This document shows, one piece after another, positions 58,325 through 64,000 of a DNA stretch of 64,000 nt. The position numbers and the translations under genes are program-made. The DNA lies in the NCBI GenBank assembly GCA_001643675.2, contig LSRY02000047.1, positions 310,001 through 374,000 on the forward strand, in the 5' to 3' direction. The DNA is from Monocercomonoides exilis PA203. Taxonomy: Eukaryota; Protista; Preaxostyla. Within the stretch, counting starts at the first letter, position 1. Every line of letters starts with the position of its first letter. Below the pieces are notes generated by a model. The model made no database searches and was not told where the DNA came from. It saw only the letters and a list, made by a program, of their open reading frames with translations.

Positions 58325-61300
58325 TTATTCGTGAATAATATTCACAGGAAGATCATTGATCGAAATTGCAGCAAAATCAGACTGTGAATTTTCTCCATGT
58401 GCAACTTCAGACGAACAACTCCTCGTTCTCTCTGTCTCAGGAATCTGCGTCAATTGACTGTCATATCTTGTCTGGTGCTCATTCTTTTTCGGCTTCTCAG
58501 AGCCACACCCATCAGTTCTCACATGCAGCAGCATATCCAATTCCAACCGGCTTGGAGAAAGGCTGCTTTCTACAACAAATTCCGAAGGAAGAGGAGGAAA
58601 TGGATCAATCTCAGATGTGCTCGGCAGCTCTGCAAGAAGCGAATGTGAGAAAGAAGAAAGCGATGAACGAACATTCACTGATGTATTCTCATTTGCGGAT
58701 GAACTTTGTGAGCTGTCCTGATTGGTCGCACAAAGAAATGCAGATGTTGCTGGTGAGATGTTTGTGGCTGGTTGAGAGTCTGAAGTGCTGCTGTTTGATA
58801 GCAAATTACACGAAGCAGGCACAGATGTGTCAGAAAGATTGTTTGACATTGAAGTTATAGCTTGTGGCAGTGTGCGGTTATCGATACAGATTTCTCCATT
58901 CTCAAAGGATACACACCGAAACAGCATGGAAGAAGAAGAAGAAGAATTAGTTGATTTCGACGTTGGCGAAGAAGAAACAAAGGAAGAAGGAGGAGAGGAA
59001 GAAGACAGAAAGGCTGCTGTTGGAGAAATTGCACACAGTTTCCGTTTGGGAGAGATGCTTTTATCAGAAAAAGAAGGGCTTGACAAGCCCGTCTCTTCAT
59101 CAGAAACAGAGAAATGTGCGCTTTGTGGTGTATCTACATACTCATCTGCAACATTCATGCATGCTCTTGTCATTTGAGGCTGAGAAGCAGTTTGTGCGCA
59201 GTTTTGAGCAGTATAACCAGAAAGATAAGTCAAACAGTGCTCATTTTGGATGCTTGCAAGATGTTCACACAACTGAGGCGGAGACAAACGAACGTTTTGT
59301 GCTTCATTTTGATAGAGATTACCAAACATGACCTTCATTGCATTTTCTTTGTCTGCATCATCAGCATCATCACTTTCTTCGCATTCATCGCTTTCATCGT
59401 CATCTTCCTCTCCCACACCCGCACTCGCACTCCCATCGTTGTCTGACACATTCTCCGCTGTCTCTGCTCCTCTGTTTATTGATTTCCCAGCCTCTGCCAC
59501 TGTCTGCATCTCAGCCAGCTGAGGAGCAAGCACAGGAGCACACGCCATCGATGAGAGCAGCTGAATGTGCGAAGACGAGCACAAAGCGATAGAAGAGCTG
59601 CCCGACGACTCCAGACTCGACTCCACACTCAGCCGCGGGCTGTATGAAGGCAGCCAATGGGCAGAAGATGGCTTGTCGTTCGAGTTGTATGCTTTGCAGG
59701 GCAGCACCGCGGGAGGATTGAGCTTGCCGCTGCTTCCACTTCCAGAGGCACACGCACACGATGCCAGTTTCTCGTATTCCTCGTTCTGAGGAGCATCCGA
59801 ATACACCTCGTTCACCTCGACCTCTTCCTCTCCCGTGGTGATCCCATCCTCTTCTTCTCTGCTTTCTCGCGTGTCTTCCATTTCTCCGCTCACTGTGAAA
59901 TCTTCTGTTTCACTCTGAAGTCCTCGCCGAATCGGCTCAATTTGTTGTCCTTCACTTTCCCTTCTCAGCTTCTTACTCTTCTTACTCTTCTTCTTCCCTC
60001 TTTTCTTCTTTCCTTTCTTTCCTTTCTTCTTCTTCTTCTTCTTCTTCACATTGCTTTCTTCAATGGCTAAAGTTACACAAACACGTCCTTGCCCCATTGG
60101 AATTTGTTCATCTGCCACTGTTATTGCCGTCGCTGCTGTCTCTGTTGGAGCAATCTCCACATCAACTGTCGAATTCTTCTTCTTCCTCCTCCTCACGAAC
60201 AGGAATATCACAACTGCCAAAACCGCACACAAACAAAACAGACCACATCCCAACCCGATTGAGACAAATGTGATTGTCTTAACTTTCTTTTCAGCTAGTT
60301 CTGTCACAACAAAAGTCACTGCCCCATCCCCAGGATCGTCTTCAAATGCCATCGGAGGCGGGGTTGTTGCGTTCTTCAGCTCAAACGCTTCACTTGCAAT
60401 CGAATCTTCCCTCGAAAAATTGAACAGCACACGGAAGCTGATTGACTCCCAGTCGGGTGAAGAGGTGAAGATAGATCGAGACAAAAAGAAGCGCAGTTCA
60501 GATTCATTGTGACTCTTGATAAATGCTTTGAATAATGCAGGTGAGTGATTAGAAAAATGATTAGGGGAGTGATTAGGAGAGAGATTAGGTGAAATACAAA
60601 CAGAGTTATTGTGAGGGATATTAAAAGAATAATGAGGAGAAGAGGAAAGATTTGCTAAAAGATGAGTTTGAAGTGGATGATGTGAATGACAAGAACAATA
60701 ATTTCCGGATTCGGAGTGAGATTTCATATTTGAAGAGCGAAATGATGAGAGAGAGGAGGTTGTTGGCAATTCAGCTTCTGTTATTGCAGGCAAAGGAGAA
60801 GAAGAACGAGTAGAAGTAAAAACCGGAGAAATATTGTGTGTATTGATTGCTTGATTTGAAGAATGTTGAATAGAAGACTTTGCAACAAATGAATCACGAG
60901 TACAACGCTTTGTATCGCTGACTTTTGAAAATACGTTGTTTGAGTGAGTCAATGACTGCTGTTTCTGGATCTGCTCTTGTTTGTTTTCACGCTCATATGA
61001 GTGATTTGTCATTTCATTTGCATTCACATTTGAGTTGAAATCTAAAATATGCACTGAAGTTGAAGCGCCGATTGTGCTAATCATCTCAACAGTCAGTCCA
61101 CACGGAACAAGCAATGACCCTTTCACTGCAACCTCCACCATTTCTTCTGAAGTATCCATCAGAACAGAAGTTGACGTTATTGTTTGTGAGTCAGTGTTCT
61201 TATGCTTCAAATTGGGGCATTGCTTCTTAAATGTTTTGCTTGTTGTGGAACTGTATTGGTTTCCTTTTCTGCTTCGAGCAAAAATATTATCATTTCTCTT

Positions 61301-64000
61301 GTTTTTATAATTTCCATTTTCTTCATCTTCTTCGTTCTCGATGGTTATGCTTTCAATAAACGGAATACAAAGAAACGATTTTGCCTTTTCCAAACCTTGT
61401 ACTTCGCAGTTGTCAATATAAAACCACAAATCGTACTCAACTTCTTCATTGCTAAATAGTTTTTGAATGCTGAGTGTTGTTCGGCTATCTTCAGAAAGTG
61501 AATTTCTCTTTTTTGAATTATTTTTGAAAACAGAAAAATAATCTTTTGTTTTTTTGAATTTATTTGTATATTTTGTTCCCGATTGTTGTTGCGATTCAAC
61601 AAAGTAGGATGATCCATCTCCTCCACTCAGACTTCTCACCACCACTTTTCCAGCTTCTGTGCACTGAAGATTCTGTCTCATTGAATCAAACCCAGGTAAA
61701 TGCAGGTTGTTGTTCTGAAACATCCCATCTTCAATGTATATTGTTGACTTGACAACAGAAACACCTCCCACAGACGAATTCACAATTGGCGTGCTTTTCA
61801 GTGTGATTGTGCTGTTACTTGCTCGAATAAGAGAACCATTCCACTTGCAGTTTGGCTCAAAAGAATTTGCTCCTACAAATTGAGACAGATTGGAATAAGA
61901 CGATGAAATAGAATAGTCGCTCCTTCCTGTTTGATTCCAGGAGCAATTGCTGACAACCACGTTTGCACACGAATCAAAAAGTGCTATCATTCCATCAATG
62001 TTGCTTGCAGAAATGCTCACACCAGACTCAATCGTCACACCTTCGAACTTCACCTCCTCTGCTTCTCTCAGCACAAATAACGACAGCACAGACAGATTGA
62101 ACAATCGCACCGAACTTAAATGCACTCTTCCTCCAGAACAGCATAAAACGGAAATCTGACTGGCAATTTTTTCATTGGATGAGAGTTGCAATGAAGAGTC
62201 AGAAGCAGAAGATACAACACCACTGCACGACGAAACAGAAGCATTGCTAATCGTCAGAAACCCGTCGTCCACAAAGAATATAAAGTACAAAAACGGCAAA
62301 AAGTCGCTCTGAATCACAAAGTCAATACGCTCCAGAGCCGAATCGCCGACACACGTCACATACCCAAAATGCGAAGCCCTGTCCATTTCAGAAATAGTCA
62401 CTGTTGATCTCTCCTTCTCTGAAGCAACACGAACAGTCCCGATTTCAAACGGAGGACCCATCTCTGCCTTGTCCAGCAGCTTCAGCAGCGGAACACAGCT
62501 GACTTCTGCTGGATCAGCTGAGTCACTTGCACAGAAGCAGAACAAAGGAGAGATCGAATACGGTAGAACGGGCAAAAAATCTTCCATCACTTGTTTTATT
62601 CTGTCACTCATGAATTCACTCGCTGCGCAGTCAACATGCTTCACAGCCTCCCTCATAGTCGCACACGGAAACTCCGCACTCCCGCAAAATGCTCCATCAA
62701 TCCCATCAACATTACATCCCTTGCTTTTAACTGAACCAGCAAACACCGCTGCTGCTGTGTGGAACAGAAAGAGAGGCACCAGATCTTCCAGCTCGTTCGC
62801 ATTTTCTGTGCAGCTGCCCCAAAACGCATTGGCCGGGTCAAACGCAGCTGGGGCGAAGGGAAACTGGAACATGAAGCGGCTGAGCTGCCTGCGGAAGGAG
62901 TTGCACAAGACAAACACGTTTCTTCCGTACGTCGCTGCGTTCTGCTTAAACTTCACATCGCGAAGGAGCAGACGGACCAGCAGGTCGCCTTCTTCTGCCG
63001 GTTCCACTGTCAGCTGCGGGTTCGGCTCACACAAAAGACAGAGAGCTCCGCCACGTCCGATGAACTTCGGATCGCCGACTGTTTTGTTTGGCGCGGCACA
63101 CGAGTCAAACAGTGTCTCTCCTGCTATTGTCAGCGAGCAACCCTCACGCAGGCCGACGAAGAGGCAGCCACCGTGGGATCCCTTTTTCGTGGTGCAGGCA
63201 GTGAAGTTAGTGTTATTAATGAGCAGGTGCAGCGGCGGGTGGGTGTCGCTGACAGGCGAATGGCGCAGCGGCTCCGTCGCCAGCACGCAGCTGTTGTTTC
63301 CGGCGAACGGCTCGTTTGTGATGTTGGCAAACACACAGGACTCCACAACGAGGTACTTCTGACCGTCAAACACTGCCCCGTTCTCGCACGTGCGTATGAT
63401 GATGACAGGAGCACAGGGACTCAAGTCGCAGAAGCACACGTCCCTCAAATAGCACACCCCTGTCCGAATCATAATCACCCCTTGCACAAAGTCGGTGAAT
63501 GAGCTGGCGGACTCTGTTATCGTCACATGCTCCAGCAGCAGCGAGCCTCCACGGTATGCCTCTTCATTTCCTTTGCTTTTACTTCTGCTGCTGGAAATGG
63601 AATGACGATGGCTTTTGAGTTTGTTAGTTCTTGTTCTTGTTTCAGTTCCAATGCTATTTTCCACACCAACTCCAACAATAACATCATCTTCATTATCTTC
63701 GTCATTAACATCATCATCATAATGAGAAGTATTAGCATAATCACTTATCACTCCATCGTCCTTATCCGACTCAACCAGAAAAATCGGCGCCTCAAACGTC
63801 GAATGGTATGTGTACAGCACCCACTTCACATTCGCCACAAGCAGCGCCCCCGAAGTCACGTGGAAGATGGGCTGCTCAGAATCGTCGTATGAGTCTGAAG
63901 ACAACTCAGTTGTGTCTCTGCCTTCGCCATACATCTCCACACTCAGCTCAAACACCTCAGCTGCTGCCCAGATGTCGTATACACCGCTCGCCAGGCGGAT
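58325..64000 (-). CDS. Second beta-helix type I membrane protein (5' end outside the window) with low-complexity cytoplasmic tail and no kinase domain
   Basis: The frame is open to the window edge. It shares motifs with 11730-19814: GRGGAL, FKQNAATYGRNVFV, CG....PC.T, CKWNGSL, SL.GGDG, L.PC.L. TM ITFVSIGLGCGLFCLCAVLAVVIFLFV followed by RRRKKK. Confidence 0.85.
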   Translation of the reverse strand: MRLASGVYDIWAAAEVFELSVEMYGEGRDTTELSSDSYDDSEQPIFHVTSGALLVANVKWVLYTYHSTFEAPIFLVESDKDDGVISDYANTSHYDDDVNDEDNEDDVIVGVGVENSIGTETRTRTNKLKSHRHSISSSRSKSKGNEEAYRGGSLLLEHVTITESASSFTDFVQGVIMIRTGVCYLRDVCFCDLSPCAPVIIIRTCENGAVFDGQKYLVVESCVFANITNEPFAGNNSCVLATEPLRHSPVSDTHPPLHLLINNTNFTACTTKKGSHGGCLFVGLREGCSLTIAGETLFDSCAAPNKTVGDPKFIGRGGALCLLCEPNPQLTVEPAEEGDLLVRLLLRDVKFKQNAATYGRNVFVLCNSFRRQLSRFMFQFPFAPAAFDPANAFWGSCTENANELEDLVPLFLFHTAAAVFAGSVKSKGCNVDGIDGAFCGSAEFPCATMREAVKHVDCAASEFMSDRIKQVMEDFLPVLPYSISPLFCFCASDSADPAEVSCVPLLKLLDKAEMGPPFEIGTVRVASEKERSTVTISEMDRASHFGYVTCVGDSALERIDFVIQSDFLPFLYFIFFVDDGFLTISNASVSSCSGVVSSASDSSLQLSSNEKIASQISVLCCSGGRVHLSSVRLFNLSVLSLFVLREAEEVKFEGVTIESGVSISASNIDGMIALFDSCANVVVSNCSWNQTGRSDYSISSSYSNLSQFVGANSFEPNCKWNGSLIRASNSTITLKSTPIVNSSVGGVSVVKSTIYIEDGMFQNNNLHLPGFDSMRQNLQCTEAGKVVVRSLSGGDGSSYFVESQQQSGTKYTNKFKKTKDYFSVFKNNSKKRNSLSEDSRTTLSIQKLFSNEEVEYDLWFYIDNCEVQGLEKAKSFLCIPFIESITIENEEDEENGNYKNKRNDNIFARSRKGNQYSSTTSKTFKKQCPNLKHKNTDSQTITSTSVLMDTSEEMVEVAVKGSLLVPCGLTVEMISTIGASTSVHILDFNSNVNANEMTNHSYERENKQEQIQKQQSLTHSNNVFSKVSDTKRCTRDSFVAKSSIQHSSNQAINTHNISPVFTSTRSSSPLPAITEAELPTTSSLSSFRSSNMKSHSESGNYCSCHSHHPLQTHLLANLSSSPHYSFNIPHNNSVCISPNLSPNHSPNHFSNHSPALFKAFIKSHNESELRFFLSRSIFTSSPDWESISFRVLFNFSREDSIASEAFELKNATTPPPMAFEDDPGDGAVTFVVTELAEKKVKTITFVSIGLGCGLFCLCAVLAVVIFLFVRRRKKKNSTVDVEIAPTETAATAITVADEQIPMGQGRVCVTLAIEESNVKKKKKKKKGKKGKKKRGKKKSKKSKKLRRESEGQQIEPIRRGLQSETEDFTVSGEMEDTRESREEEDGITTGEEEVEVNEVYSDAPQNEEYEKLASCACASGSGSSGKLNPPAVLPCKAYNSNDKPSSAHWLPSYSPRLSVESSLESSGSSSIALCSSSHIQLLSSMACAPVLAPQLAEMQTVAEAGKSINRGAETAENVSDNDGSASAGVGEEDDDESDECEESDDADDADKENAMKVMFGNLYQNEAQNVRLSPPQLCEHLASIQNEHCLTYLSGYTAQNCAQTASQPQMTRACMNVADEYVDTPQSAHFSVSDEETGLSSPSFSDKSISPKRKLCAISPTAAFLSSSSPPSSFVSSSPTSKSTNSSSSSSMLFRCVSFENGEICIDNRTLPQAITSMSNNLSDTSVPASCNLLSNSSTSDSQPATNISPATSAFLCATNQDSSQSSSANENTSVNVRSSLSSFSHSLLAELPSTSEIDPFPPLPSEFVVESSLSPSRLELDMLLHVRTDGCGSEKPKKNEHQTRYDSQLTQIPETERTRSCSSEVAHGENSQSDFAAISINDLPVNIIHE

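Noticed and set aside
1-64000. CRISPR arrays, rRNA, tRNA, snoRNA, transposase or reverse transcriptase genes
   Set aside because: No repeat-spacer periodicity, cloverleaf or catalytic motifs recognised by eye. Covariance-model searches were not possible, so small ncRNAs cannot be excluded.

Overview
AT-rich, intron-containing eukaryotic DNA read in the standard genetic code. The gene families, poly-Ser tracts and short GT-AG introns strongly suggest an oxymonad such as Monocercomonoides (recognised from memory, not from a search). Hand-spliced gene models, in order: a decayed copy of a lineage-expanded helical (ARM-like) family gene (3640-5063); an 8-exon NEK-like pseudokinase / Gln-rich coil / poly-Ser / SPRY-like gene (5905-10719); a ~2700-aa beta-helix receptor with a degenerate kinase tail (11730-19814, -); a single-domain RNase III gene that the ORF track misses because of two introns and a 1-nt frameshift (20410-23256, -); an intact copy of the helical family (24914-26364, -); a Ser-rich hypothetical (27093-30191); a ~7000-aa protein almost entirely in one 21-kb exon (31378-52608, -); an 8-TM tandem tetraspanin-like gene (52732-54168, -); a FAR-17a/AIG1-like membrane protein (54516-55643); and a partial second beta-helix receptor with no kinase (58325->64000, -). 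The gene-free zones at 1-2100 and 55700-58300 share modules of a dispersed repeat, and the first zone also holds long hairpins. Best candidate for new biology: the hidden minimal RNase III with all four catalytic acidic residues, possibly a non-canonical Dicer-like enzyme. No rRNA, tRNA or CRISPR array was recognised.
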